Assembly (NCBI GenBank): GCA_964509605.1
Contig: CAZDXF010000002.1
Coordinates: forward strand, 89,514-153,513
Source of the DNA: an uncultured Candidatus Saccharibacteria bacterium
GTDB lineage: Bacteria; Patescibacteriota; Minisyncoccia; Phycocordibacterales; Zambryskibacteraceae
DNA: 64,000 nucleotides
Reading direction: 5' to 3'
The first letter of the stretch is position 1. Each line of letters begins with the position of its first letter. The position numbers and the translations under genes are program-made. Below are positions 8,680 to 17,580 of the stretch, piece after piece. The notes under the pieces are model-generated. The model ran no database searches. It had not been told where the DNA came from and worked only from the letters and a program-made list of their open reading frames with translations.

Positions 8680-9099
8680 CTATTCTGAATAGAGTTTATT
8701 TTTCAGTGCCTTGAGATGGTCAAAGAACGACCTTGCTTTGACTTCTAATCGGTCCGAGAAGTAGCGGTCTGCCACCTCTTCAATCCCATCTGCTTTCTGG
8801 AAGATAAAGAGGGCTTTTCTTGGGTTCTCTTTGTCCACGGATAAAAGCACAAAACCCGCACACAAAAGTGCGGTGGACACGCCGAGGTCATAGGTGGTCC
8901 ATACCACCGATGGGTCATCAAGTGGAATGTATCTCCACTCCTCGTCTCCAGATGACTTCCTTACTTTCTTATTTGTCATAGTAATTTGAGGTTTACTGAT
9001 AAACCAAAAAAGCCAACAAGTGTCGTCTTGTCGGCGTTGTGCGTTTGGAGATAAACAAAAAACCAAAGCAACAAACGCCAGTTCAAAACTGACATTCAT
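8680..9099 (-). CDS. Hypothetical protein with N-terminal hydrophobic/signal segment
   Basis: 139-aa ORF; MNVSFELAFVALVFCLSPNA signal-like start. Confidence 0.35.
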   Translation of the reverse strand: MNVSFELAFVALVFCLSPNAQRRQDDTCWLFWFISKPQITMTNKKVRKSSGDEEWRYIPLDDPSVVWTTYDLGVSTALLCAGFVLLSVDKENPRKALFIFQKADGIEEVADRYFSDRLEVKARSFFDHLKALKNKLYSE

Positions 9100-9260
9100 T
9101 GCTTTGGTCTCTTTAGTCGCCCATTAGACGGGCGAATTACCTATAAATCCTCTGCAAGTTTTTCCACCCACCATTCCCATAAAACGGGTATGCTTGGGTT
9201 TCAAAGATATTTAGCTTTCAAGGTGCATAGTAATTATAGGTGCTCTTGATTGCGTGTCAA

Positions 9261-10121
9261 CTACTTTGCTATCGTCTTGAAATCTACCCCTCCTTTCTGG
9301 GAGATGCTAAAAACATTTTTAGTTCTACATTTATGGCAAGTTTTATGTCCTCCTGCTTGAAATTCATCTAACAACTTCATAATTTCCTGTTCAGAAGTAT
9401 AAGTCCCAAGCCATCTACTACACTCTACACATCTCCAAATAAGCTCTTTTCTATCTTTTAATAAAGCTTTCACACCCTCTTCGTAGATTTCCTCTATCGT
9501 CTTTTTAACAGTATAGAAAATATCTTCCAACTTCTCTTTGTTGTTGATTACTATAAAGCTAGGAAAATAACCTCCTCCTGATGCATAAACCTCTCCGCTT
9601 TCATCCTTCTCAAAATCTACTTCAAGAGTTTCTTCAATCTGAATAGCTCCAGAAAAATCTGAAATTTTTCTTAAAATCTCATTACCGTATTTCTTTTCAT
9701 TAAATTTTTTAATATCGGCATTTCCTCCTGATATTAAGCTTCCTAAAATTTCTATAAGCTCCCTTCTGTATACTTCGTCTGAAAGCTTAAATCCATAGAG
9801 GTTATTTTTTGCGTCTGATATAAACCTGACTATCTCGCTTTTTTTCGGAGTTATATCAAAAAACTTTATCTTATCGTAGTCCTCACGGTGCGTGTCTTTC
9901 CAGTTCTCATATTCCAAAACCCCCTGCCTTTCCAAAGATAGAAATCCTTGAGCAATGTCAGATTTAGCCATCTCACCAAATAGTTTTGGAAGAAATTGGT
10001 CAGAGAGCGTGAGTGTCTCATTAGGTTCGGTGGGAAGGAAGATAACCAGATTAGGTCTTGTCTCTATAAACTCCAATATCTTTTCAGCCAGAAAGAGGTT
10101 TCTATTTTGAGTAATTGTCAT
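9261..10121 (-). CDS. Hypothetical protein with C-terminal zinc ribbon
   Basis: 286 aa; C-terminal CVECSRW...CHKCRTKN; divergent from the R-M operon. Confidence 0.4.
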   Translation of the reverse strand: MTITQNRNLFLAEKILEFIETRPNLVIFLPTEPNETLTLSDQFLPKLFGEMAKSDIAQGFLSLERQGVLEYENWKDTHREDYDKIKFFDITPKKSEIVRFISDAKNNLYGFKLSDEVYRRELIEILGSLISGGNADIKKFNEKKYGNEILRKISDFSGAIQIEETLEVDFEKDESGEVYASGGGYFPSFIVINNKEKLEDIFYTVKKTIEEIYEEGVKALLKDRKELIWRCVECSRWLGTYTSEQEIMKLLDEFQAGGHKTCHKCRTKNVFSISQKGGVDFKTIAK

Positions 10122-10289
10122 AGTAATTTTCTCAAATTTACCCCTTTTGATGACACTTCACAATAGTGAGTAGGAAGAGGGGCAAAAATACCTTAAATCT
10201 GCTATTCTTTCATAGTAAGAGAAAAGACCATTTACGAAGCCATTTTTAGGTAAATCGTGGATGTCTACTGCGGAAACATTACAATTACT

Positions 10290-12092
10290 ATGAAAAACGA
10301 ATATCAAAAAGTAGAACAAGCAAAAGGTCGTCCGCTTCTCCAGTGGGTAGGCAAGAAACCACTTGAGAGTGTGCAGTTCTATCCCGCCCAAGAAATTGAA
10401 GTATATGGCGACAAGACCGCAAAGGATTTCAATAAACTATTTTGGGGAGATAATCTCCAAGTGCTCTCTCATCTTCTCAAGGACTATCGTGGAAAAATTG
10501 ATTTGATATACATTGACCCTCCGTTTGATAGCAAGGCAGATTATGTAAAAAAAGTAAAAGTTCGTGGGGAGCAGGTTGAAGGCATTGGACAAGGTCTACT
10601 TGAGGAAAAACAATACTCTGACATTTGGGAGAGAGATGAATACCTCCAATTTATGTATGAGCGATTATCGCTAATGAGGGAACTTTTATCTGAAACAGGC
10701 AGTGTCTATGTTCATATGGACGAGAAACGCTCCCACTATGTGAAAATCATCCTTGATGAAGTATTTGGTATTGAGAACTTCCAAAGAGAGATTGTGTGGG
10801 ATATTACAGTTTTGTCTGGTTTTAAGACGCAGGCAAATAACTGGATACGAGGACACGACACGATACTTTTTTACTCAAAATCACCTAACAAAAACTTCAA
10901 TAAACTATTTCTTCCACACCGAAAAGAGTATTTGGACCGTTTTAACAAAAAAGATAAAGATGGACGGCTCTACTTTGATGGACGAGGAGAAATTGTGTAT
11001 TTGGATGATGTCGTAAAAAAAGGTAAAAACATTGGAGATGTATGGAGTGATGTTATGTCCTTCCAACAAATACCCACTGCAAAAGAAAGAGTTGATTATC
11101 CTACTCAAAAACCTGAAGCTTTGCTTGAACGCATCATCAATGCTTCGTCAAAGGAGGGTGATATTGTTGCAGATTTTTTCTGTGGTTCTGGAACTACTCA
11201 AGTGGTGGCTCAAAAGCTCGGACGAAGATGGATTGGGTGCGACATAAACAAGGGAGCCATTCAGACATCTACAAAGCGTCTCAATCAAATCATTGAGGAA
11301 CAGCAGAGAGAGAAAATAAAGAACTTCAAGGGTTCTTACGGCTTCAAGGTTCTCAATGTGAACGATTATGATGTGTTCAAGAATGAGCTTATTGCGAAGG
11401 ATATTGTTATGGAGATGTATGGAGTGGAGCAAATAAAGCGAAGCTACTTTGACGGGCTGATGGGTAGAGATTTGGTGAAGATAATGCCGATGAACAGAGT
11501 GCTCAACAAAATGGATATAAGGAGTATCTTGAAAAACATCCAAGACAACATAAGCAACTTCACTGTGAAGACGAAATCAAAAGCGAAGGAAGCCGTATAC
11601 GAAGAGAAAGTCCGCATTATCTGTTCTGGAGTTGAATATGATGTCCCTCACTTCTTGAGAAAGGAAAATAAAACTGGAGTAGTGGTGGAAATCAACGATG
11701 TGCTCTCTGCTACGAAGGAACTTGTTTTCAAGGAATACCCAGAGTCAAAAATTGAGCTCAAGGTTAAGAATAAGAAGCTCTCTGTTGATATAAAAGAGTT
11801 CTACTCTCCGCTTCTGATGAGAAAGCTTGAGATTGAAAACCAGAAGGCGCTTAAAAAAGAAAGCCAGACGAAGGTAAAGGACTTCAAGCAAATCATTGAT
11901 AGCGTAGCTATTGATGTGGACTACAACGGCAAGCTGTTCAACGCAGAGATAATGGACCTGCCAGACAAGAAGGAGGTTATCAAAGCCAAGTATTCTTGGG
12001 ATTATCCAAAGAAGGGCAAATATACTGTCGCCATAAAAATTGTTGATGTGCTCGGAGAAGAATACTTTGAGACATTTGATGTAAACGCATAA
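10290..12092 (+). CDS. Type III restriction-modification methyltransferase (Mod), beta-class N6A/N4C MTase
   Basis: Motif IV IDLIYIDPPFDS precedes motif I DIVADFFCGSGTT (beta-class order). Likely ATG at 10290 (track start 10257 is GTG). Immediately followed by a Res-like gene. Confidence 0.8.
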   Translation: MKNEYQKVEQAKGRPLLQWVGKKPLESVQFYPAQEIEVYGDKTAKDFNKLFWGDNLQVLSHLLKDYRGKIDLIYIDPPFDSKADYVKKVKVRGEQVEGIGQGLLEEKQYSDIWERDEYLQFMYERLSLMRELLSETGSVYVHMDEKRSHYVKIILDEVFGIENFQREIVWDITVLSGFKTQANNWIRGHDTILFYSKSPNKNFNKLFLPHRKEYLDRFNKKDKDGRLYFDGRGEIVYLDDVVKKGKNIGDVWSDVMSFQQIPTAKERVDYPTQKPEALLERIINASSKEGDIVADFFCGSGTTQVVAQKLGRRWIGCDINKGAIQTSTKRLNQIIEEQQREKIKNFKGSYGFKVLNVNDYDVFKNELIAKDIVMEMYGVEQIKRSYFDGLMGRDLVKIMPMNRVLNKMDIRSILKNIQDNISNFTVKTKSKAKEAVYEEKVRIICSGVEYDVPHFLRKENKTGVVVEINDVLSATKELVFKEYPESKIELKVKNKKLSVDIKEFYSPLLMRKLEIENQKALKKESQTKVKDFKQIIDSVAIDVDYNGKLFNAEIMDLPDKKEVIKAKYSWDYPKKGKYTVAIKIVDVLGEEYFETFDVNA

Positions 12093-12096
12093 TCAT

Positions 12097-14640
12097 ATGG
12101 ATAGTTTTTTCTTACAAAATATCCAGAAACAAGTAGCTGACTGGCGAGCTGGTGGCTACGATGGCGTGCAGAAAGAGACAGAGACGATACTAAACCACAT
12201 CCGAAGGGTTGCTTTCTTGCACGAGCCACAGATAGAGGCGTTGGAGACATACATCTACCTCAAAGAGATAGTTGGCAACAAGCCATCCGTTGAGGTGTTC
12301 AAGAAGTCCTTTGAAAGTGAGTTGGATTTTATCCGTGCTCTGGGTCTTTCTGATAAAGAGGCGTTTGAACTTGCTTACGATAAAAAGAAGGACGAAAAGA
12401 TACAAGCAATTCTGGATGAGAAGTTCGGGACCTCCGACTATGCAAATCAGGTCTACGCTCTCACTATGGGTTCGGGCAAAACGATTTTGATGGCGGTGAT
12501 GATGCTGTATGATTTTGTTCTTTCCTTCTATCACAAAGATGACGAACGCTTTGCCAAGAACGCCCTTATTTTTGCTCCAGATACAACAATCATAGAGAGC
12601 TTGAAAGAGATAAAGACATTTGATTACTCACGGGTTCTGCCGAGAGAGTATGAGAACATCATTTTGAATATAAAGTATCACTATCTTGAAAGCACAGACA
12701 CCGCTCTGGCTCCAGTCGGAAACTATAATGTCATTGTCTCTAACTCACAGAAAATAATCCTCAAGACAAGAAATGGTAATGGCGATAATCATTCAGCACG
12801 GCTTTTTGGAGACAGAAATGAGATGGAGAAACGAGAGGTTGAAAATATGCGTTTGCAAGCCATTCGCCAACTCTCATCTCTCCAGATTTTTGTAGATGAA
12901 GCTCACCACTCATATGGAAAGACACTTGAGGGAACTTTGAAGAAGACGAGACAAACGATTGATTATCTTCACAAGCATACTCCTCTTGTTTCCGTTATAA
13001 ACCTCACTGGAACGCCTTATGTAAACAATAAGATGATTTCCGATGTGGTCTATCACTTCGGTCTTAAAGCAGGTATTGAAAAAGGTATTTTGAAGCAGGT
13101 CCGCATTTTGGATTATGGAACAGTAAGGTCCCAGAAGTTCGTTGAGGAAGTCGTTGATACCTTCATTTCTGAATACGGGACGAAACGGCTTGAAGGGCGA
13201 TTGCCGAAGATAGCTTTCTATGCACCAAGCATTAGTGATTTGCGAGAGGATTTGAAGCCGAAGCTGGAGCGTATCCTTTCTGAAAAAGGTATGTCTACAC
13301 AATCCATTTTGGAGTATCACACCGAAGCAGAAGATAATGCCGATGATTTCAAACAGCTTGATACAGCCGAAAGCAAAAAGCAGTTTATTCTTCTTGTCGG
13401 CAAAGGGACCGAAGGATGGAACTGCCGTTCTCTTGTCTCTGTGGCTCTGTATAGGAAGCCAAAGAGCACAATCCTTGTCCTACAATCAACTACAAGATGT
13501 CTGCGTGCCATTGGAGATAACTCCACTCGTGCCAGCATCTTCTTATCAAAAGACAATTATAAAATCCTTGATAAAGAGCTCAAGAATAACTTTGCCTCAA
13601 GCATCAGTGAGCTGAATGCTCAAGACCAGAAAATGGTTGAACACACTCTTGAGGTTGAGAAGCGGACTACCATCAAAGTAAAGAAGGTTCTCAAGGATAT
13701 TTTGGCTGTTAAGGAAACAAGCCCAGAGAAAATAAAAATTGATTTCAAGAAGTTTGATGCTGGACAGTATCAATCATTTGTAAGTGAGGGAGGTGTATTT
13801 ATCGGAGACGAAGGTAAGGCAAGATATTCAGAAGCTCGTGCTAAAGGAAGAATAAAAGATAGAGCAGATTTTACCTTTTATGAAATAGCCGAAATAATAA
13901 ACCGCTATACTCATCTACCTTGTTTATCCATAGAAGCTATTATCACTGGGAGTGGAAAGAAGCGTGAGCAATTTGTTGAGATGGTAAACGAGACCCCAGC
14001 TCTGCTTACATTTGTTATTCAAGAAATACTCAACAGTGCTTTCAAATATGAAGAGAAGACCGAAACAGTGGAAGAAGAGCTTGAGCTGACTAAACTGTTT
14101 CCATTCAAAATCAGTGTTCAGCAAGGCAGAAGTGGACTTGTAGTATATAGAGAAGCCGAAGCAGAAGAAGGGCGAAAGGGTCGTCTTGGTTTCCACATCA
14201 ATCCATACGCATTTGATAGCGGTGATGAGAAGGATTTGTTCAGATACTTGAGGGATGTTCTTGATAAGAAGGAGGTTATCAAGGATATTTATTTCACAGG
14301 TGCTCGTGTTTGCTCGGACCCAAGCAGAACTGATTTCTATTTTGAATACTGGAGCCCAGAACAAAACAGAGTAGCCAGATACTTTCCAGATTTTCTTATT
14401 GAGACAAACAAACGCTTTATTGTTGTAGAGACAAAGGGTGGAGATGAGAAAGCGGATTATGAGGCAAATAAGAAATCATATAAGGGTAAAGTGGAAGATG
14501 TAAGAAATGAAGTGTTTGCGAAAGAGCTTGGATTTAACGAGTTTCAGAGCATAAATAAAAACTTTGAGTATCGCATTATCTTTGATGCTACTCTCCAGCG
14601 AGAACAGGTGAGATTGTATGAGGAGCTAATAAATAGATAA
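12097..14640 (+). CDS. Type III restriction enzyme (Res): SF2 helicase + C-terminal PD-(D/E)xK nuclease
   Basis: Walker A TMGSGKT, DEAH box FVDEAHHS, motif LTGTPY; C-terminal YFPDFLIETNKRFIVVETKG nuclease motif. Confidence 0.8.
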   Translation: MDSFFLQNIQKQVADWRAGGYDGVQKETETILNHIRRVAFLHEPQIEALETYIYLKEIVGNKPSVEVFKKSFESELDFIRALGLSDKEAFELAYDKKKDEKIQAILDEKFGTSDYANQVYALTMGSGKTILMAVMMLYDFVLSFYHKDDERFAKNALIFAPDTTIIESLKEIKTFDYSRVLPREYENIILNIKYHYLESTDTALAPVGNYNVIVSNSQKIILKTRNGNGDNHSARLFGDRNEMEKREVENMRLQAIRQLSSLQIFVDEAHHSYGKTLEGTLKKTRQTIDYLHKHTPLVSVINLTGTPYVNNKMISDVVYHFGLKAGIEKGILKQVRILDYGTVRSQKFVEEVVDTFISEYGTKRLEGRLPKIAFYAPSISDLREDLKPKLERILSEKGMSTQSILEYHTEAEDNADDFKQLDTAESKKQFILLVGKGTEGWNCRSLVSVALYRKPKSTILVLQSTTRCLRAIGDNSTRASIFLSKDNYKILDKELKNNFASSISELNAQDQKMVEHTLEVEKRTTIKVKKVLKDILAVKETSPEKIKIDFKKFDAGQYQSFVSEGGVFIGDEGKARYSEARAKGRIKDRADFTFYEIAEIINRYTHLPCLSIEAIITGSGKKREQFVEMVNETPALLTFVIQEILNSAFKYEEKTETVEEELELTKLFPFKISVQQGRSGLVVYREAEAEEGRKGRLGFHINPYAFDSGDEKDLFRYLRDVLDKKEVIKDIYFTGARVCSDPSRTDFYFEYWSPEQNRVARYFPDFLIETNKRFIVVETKGGDEKADYEANKKSYKGKVEDVRNEVFAKELGFNEFQSINKNFEYRIIFDATLQREQVRLYEELINR

Positions 14641-14644
14641 AGCT

Positions 14645-15469
14645 ATGGACGAGGAAAAGAAAATAACTAAAAAGAAGGCAGTCATTTATACCATTGTAAT
14701 TGGGGTTGTCGCTTTTATAGCTGGAACTTTTATCGTGGATTACTCGGAATACGAAGAATACGGCTCTTATAGCACTGACAACTGCAATGTTTTAGCTTTT
14801 TCTGTAAACGGCTACTTAAGCACTTATATGCCACAGAACCCAGAAGAGTATATGACAGACATTTCTTCATCAGAGGATATTGTGGATGGCATACAAATTG
14901 CACAAGATGACCCAGATATAAAAGCAGTCATATTATCAGTGGACTCTGGTGGAGGAGATGGTGTTGCTGGAGAAGAGGTTGCTAATGCATTGAAATGGTT
15001 GAGTAAACCCAGTGTCGCAGTGATAAGAGGGTTAGGTGCTTCCTCGGCATATTGGGCATCTACTGGAGCTGACAAGATATACGCATCCAAGATATCCGAT
15101 GTCGGAAGTATCGCTATCACAATGTCTTATCTTGATGAGACAAAAAAGATAGAGCGTGAGGGTTATCAATACACAGAACTGTCATCGGCAAAGTATAAGG
15201 ATTTAGGAGACCCAAGCAGACCTCTAACTGCCGAAGAGAGAGCGATAATAATGTCTGATTTGCAGAAGGCACACAAAGTTTTTGTTGAAAGTGTTTCTGT
15301 AAACAGAGGTTTGGATATAAAAGAGATTGAAAAATTGGCAAACGGGCTGACCTATATAGGCGAAGATGCTTTGAGATATGGGTTGATTGATGAGATTGGA
15401 GATTTTCTATCTGCTAAAAAGTATATTGAGGAGCAAATAGGAGAAAAAGCAGAGATTTGCTGGTATTGA
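14645..15469 (+). CDS. S49-family serine peptidase (SppA/ClpP-like), membrane-anchored
   Basis: N-terminal TM helix; AVILSVDSGGGDGVAGEEVANAL and GLIDEIGDF S49 hallmarks; starts 4 nt after Res stop. Confidence 0.7.
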   Translation: MDEEKKITKKKAVIYTIVIGVVAFIAGTFIVDYSEYEEYGSYSTDNCNVLAFSVNGYLSTYMPQNPEEYMTDISSSEDIVDGIQIAQDDPDIKAVILSVDSGGGDGVAGEEVANALKWLSKPSVAVIRGLGASSAYWASTGADKIYASKISDVGSIAITMSYLDETKKIEREGYQYTELSSAKYKDLGDPSRPLTAEERAIIMSDLQKAHKVFVESVSVNRGLDIKEIEKLANGLTYIGEDALRYGLIDEIGDFLSAKKYIEEQIGEKAEICWY

Positions 15470-15990
15470 TAAACACAATGACAAAACTTTACATACTAAT
15501 TGGAATACTTATTGCTCTCGGGGTTGTAATTGAACTCTTTAGGAGCGGAGGCAAAGAAGAGAGAAGGTATCAATATAAGCAGAAGAACTTTTTTATGTCT
15601 CGGGCAGAGCACGAGTGCTACGATGCCCTTACTATTGCCGTTGGAGAGAAGTATCACATCTTTCCTCAAGTTCATCTGCCGTCAATCGTAGACAATAAGG
15701 TTGTGGGTCAAAATTGGCACGGAGCCTTCCGCCACATAAGCCAGAAGTCGGTTGATTTCGTTTTGTGCGACAAAGCTTACATATCACCGAAACTTGCTAT
15801 TGAGCTTGATGATAGAACTCACGAAAGAAGGGACCGAAAGGAAAGGGATGTTGAGGTTGAGAGGGTCCTAAAGGATGCTGAACTACCTCTTTTGAGATTG
15901 GAAAATCACGGACGATTTAACCCCAGCGAGCTTACTGAAAAAATAAATACCATCCTAAACAATGGTGAAAACAAGGGTGGGGTGAAATAA
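15457..15990 (+). CDS. DUF2726/DUF559-like (Vsr/PD-(D/E)xK-fold) domain protein with N-terminal TM helix
   Basis: Motif pattern VDFVLCD...AIELDDRTH typical of the DUF2726/Vsr-like fold; overlaps the S49 gene by 13 nt. Confidence 0.55.
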   Translation: MLVLINTMTKLYILIGILIALGVVIELFRSGGKEERRYQYKQKNFFMSRAEHECYDALTIAVGEKYHIFPQVHLPSIVDNKVVGQNWHGAFRHISQKSVDFVLCDKAYISPKLAIELDDRTHERRDRKERDVEVERVLKDAELPLLRLENHGRFNPSELTEKINTILNNGENKGGVK

Positions 15991-15992
15991 AG

Positions 15993-16184
15993 ATGGTTCA
16001 TATAAACCCAGAGACAGTTCAAGAGTTCAAACAAACAATTAAAGAGGAGTATGGAGTTGAGTATTCTGATAAGGAAGCTTGGGAAGCTATGCACAACCTT
16101 GTCGGATTTTTTGACCTACTTTTGAAAATGGATAGGAGACAAAACCCAGAGCTTTATAAAAGAAAAGATACTAAAGATGGATGA
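15993..16184 (+). CDS. Hypothetical small acidic protein
   Basis: 63-aa ORF packed between neighbours (2-nt gap upstream, 8-nt overlap downstream). Confidence 0.35.
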   Translation: MVHINPETVQEFKQTIKEEYGVEYSDKEAWEAMHNLVGFFDLLLKMDRRQNPELYKRKDTKDG

Positions 16185-16968
16185 TTATCTCGTTATATAC
16201 ACAGATGGCTCTTCTGCTCCAAAACCAAGACGGGGTGGAGTTGGTTTCAGAATGATTTTCCCAAGTGGAAAAGTTAGGGATTTTTCTCCGTATGGATATT
16301 CTGGAGCGACTAATAATGAGATGGAGTTGCAAGCGTGCATACTGTCTTTAAGAGAGGTGGTAAAACTTGATGATTTGGAAGGAGCAAAGGGTGTCGTTGT
16401 ATGCACTGACTCTCAATATGTTGTTAGCAACTATAAAAACGCAATGTTTTCTTGGGTAAATCAGAAATGGATGAGAAGCAATGGAGAGCCCGTATTAAAT
16501 GCACAGCAGTGGAAAGAGCTTTTGAGATTGATGAAGCGTATAGGAGACCGTTTTCGCATTTATGTCTCTTTTGAAAAAGTAGAAGCCCATTCGGGAGTTG
16601 AGGATAATGAAGCGGTAGACAAGCTTGCCAAGCGTTCTCGCAAGGGTCCATTATCTACAATTAAAATATCGGTGAGCAATGTTCGCAGAAGTAAAACAAA
16701 AAGTAAAACTATAAAAGGTAGTATTAGGGGAGAAGGTCAACGGCTTCGTATTCGTGTCGTAAGCGGGAGTTGGTTGAGTGTGCAAAAATTGTATCGCTTG
16801 AGGTGTGAGGTGCTTTCAAAGAAAAGTGAATATTTCAGTAAAATGGATTTTATTCTTTCAGAGGAGATGATGAGAGCTGGTCATATTTATGATGTTGTCT
16901 TGATGGACGGGCTGGACCATTGCCGTGTAAAAAAGTTAATAGGCGAAGTTAAAACCCCTACTAAATAG
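16177..16968 (+). CDS. rnhA: Ribonuclease HI domain fused to a ~110-aa basic C-terminal domain of unknown function
   Basis: RNase H catalytic residues in YTDGS, NNEMELQA, CTDSQYV and EAHSGVEDNEAVDKLA; the C-terminal half is Lys/Arg-rich with no recognisable domain. Confidence 0.7.
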   Translation: MDDYLVIYTDGSSAPKPRRGGVGFRMIFPSGKVRDFSPYGYSGATNNEMELQACILSLREVVKLDDLEGAKGVVVCTDSQYVVSNYKNAMFSWVNQKWMRSNGEPVLNAQQWKELLRLMKRIGDRFRIYVSFEKVEAHSGVEDNEAVDKLAKRSRKGPLSTIKISVSNVRRSKTKSKTIKGSIRGEGQRLRIRVVSGSWLSVQKLYRLRCEVLSKKSEYFSKMDFILSEEMMRAGHIYDVVLMDGLDHCRVKKLIGEVKTPTK

Positions 16969-17053
16969 TGAAATCAAAGGTGGGTATATAGATGGTTGTA
17001 TCATTTCCTCTCTCAAATCCAGTTCTGATGTTGTTCACTAGCCCGCGCAAGCG

Positions 17054-17091
17054 AAAATCCGAGTATCGTGTGATACTCGGATTTTTGTTTT
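17054..17091 (+). terminator. Rho-independent terminator
   Basis: AATCCGAGTATC-GTGT-GATACTCGGATT followed by TTTGTTTT. Confidence 0.7.
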
Positions 17092-17142
17092 GCAAAAAGG
17101 CTCAATATTCTATAATATTTAAGCCGTTCTTTTGAATTATGT

Positions 17143-17218
17143 GCCAATGTAGCTCCCCGAAGGAGTCGCTATGCGCGACTCTACGGGGCAGGCAGTAGAC
17201 TTTTTAGTACACTGCCTG
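17143..17218. repeat. Orphan 13-nt copy of the tRNA-Thr 5' end followed by two perfect hairpins
   Basis: gccaatgtagctc (17143-17155) equals the first 13 nt of the tRNA at 17240. Followed by CCCCG-aag-GAGTCGC-tat-GCGACTC-ta-CGGGG (17155-17188) and CAGGCAGT...ACTGCCTG (17189-17218). Confidence 0.6.
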
Positions 17219-17239
17219 AATCTGAATTTGTCAGATTAA

Positions 17240-17495
17240 GCCAATGTAGCTCAGTTGGTAGAGCACCCCCATGGTGGATCGTATGATTCTGCCCAGCCAA
17301 GAGGCAACTTTTGGATGAATCCCGAATAACGGTTAAAGTCCTATTAAGATGGATCAGACCGTGGCGCCAAGGCGCCCGAACGACTGACAAGGGTTCGCCC
17401 AGCGCGAAAAGATACAGTCTAGTCTTCTCATATAAAGAAAAGAGAAGTGTAAACGAAGGGGGAGGTCATCGGTTCAATCCCGATCATTGGCTCCA
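17240..17495 (+). tRNA. tRNA-Thr (anticodon GGU) interrupted by a 180-nt group I intron; CCA encoded
   Basis: 5' exon GCCAATG-TA-GCTC-AGTTGGTA-GAGC-A-CCCCC-ATGGT. 3' exon AA-GGGGG-AGGTC-ATCGG-TTCAATC-CCGAT-CATTGGC-T-CCA. Spliced anticodon loop ATGGTAA. Confidence 0.75.
17276..17455 (+). ncRNA. Group I intron (very compact, 180 nt), homologous to the intron at 2998..3205
   Basis: Exon-terminal U pairs with an IGS GCCA. P7 pairing GACTG/CAGTC within R-like cgACTGAcaa and S-like AAGATACAGTCT. Shares the ATAACGGT.AA motif with the first intron. GGCGCC-AA-GGCGCC hairpin. Ends in G. Confidence 0.65.
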
Positions 17496-17505
17496 AGATT
17501 ATTCT

Positions 17506-17580
17506 GGCCACCTTAGCTCAGTTGGTAGAGCGACGGTATCGTAAACCGTAGGTCCGCAGTTCGATCCTGCGAGGTGGCTC
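17506..17580 (+). tRNA. tRNA-Thr (anticodon CGU)
   Basis: GGCCACC acceptor paired with GGTGGCT; anticodon arm ACGGT-ATCGTAA-ACCGT; T-arm CGCAG-TTCGATC-CTGCG. Confidence 0.85.

Noticed and set aside
17378-17392. 15-nt identity (gcccgaacgactga) between the tRNA-Thr intron and the hairpin near tRNA-Ser (47002-47016)
   Set aside because: A single short GC-rich k-mer match with no extended similarity and no group I core elements at the second site; consistent with chance.
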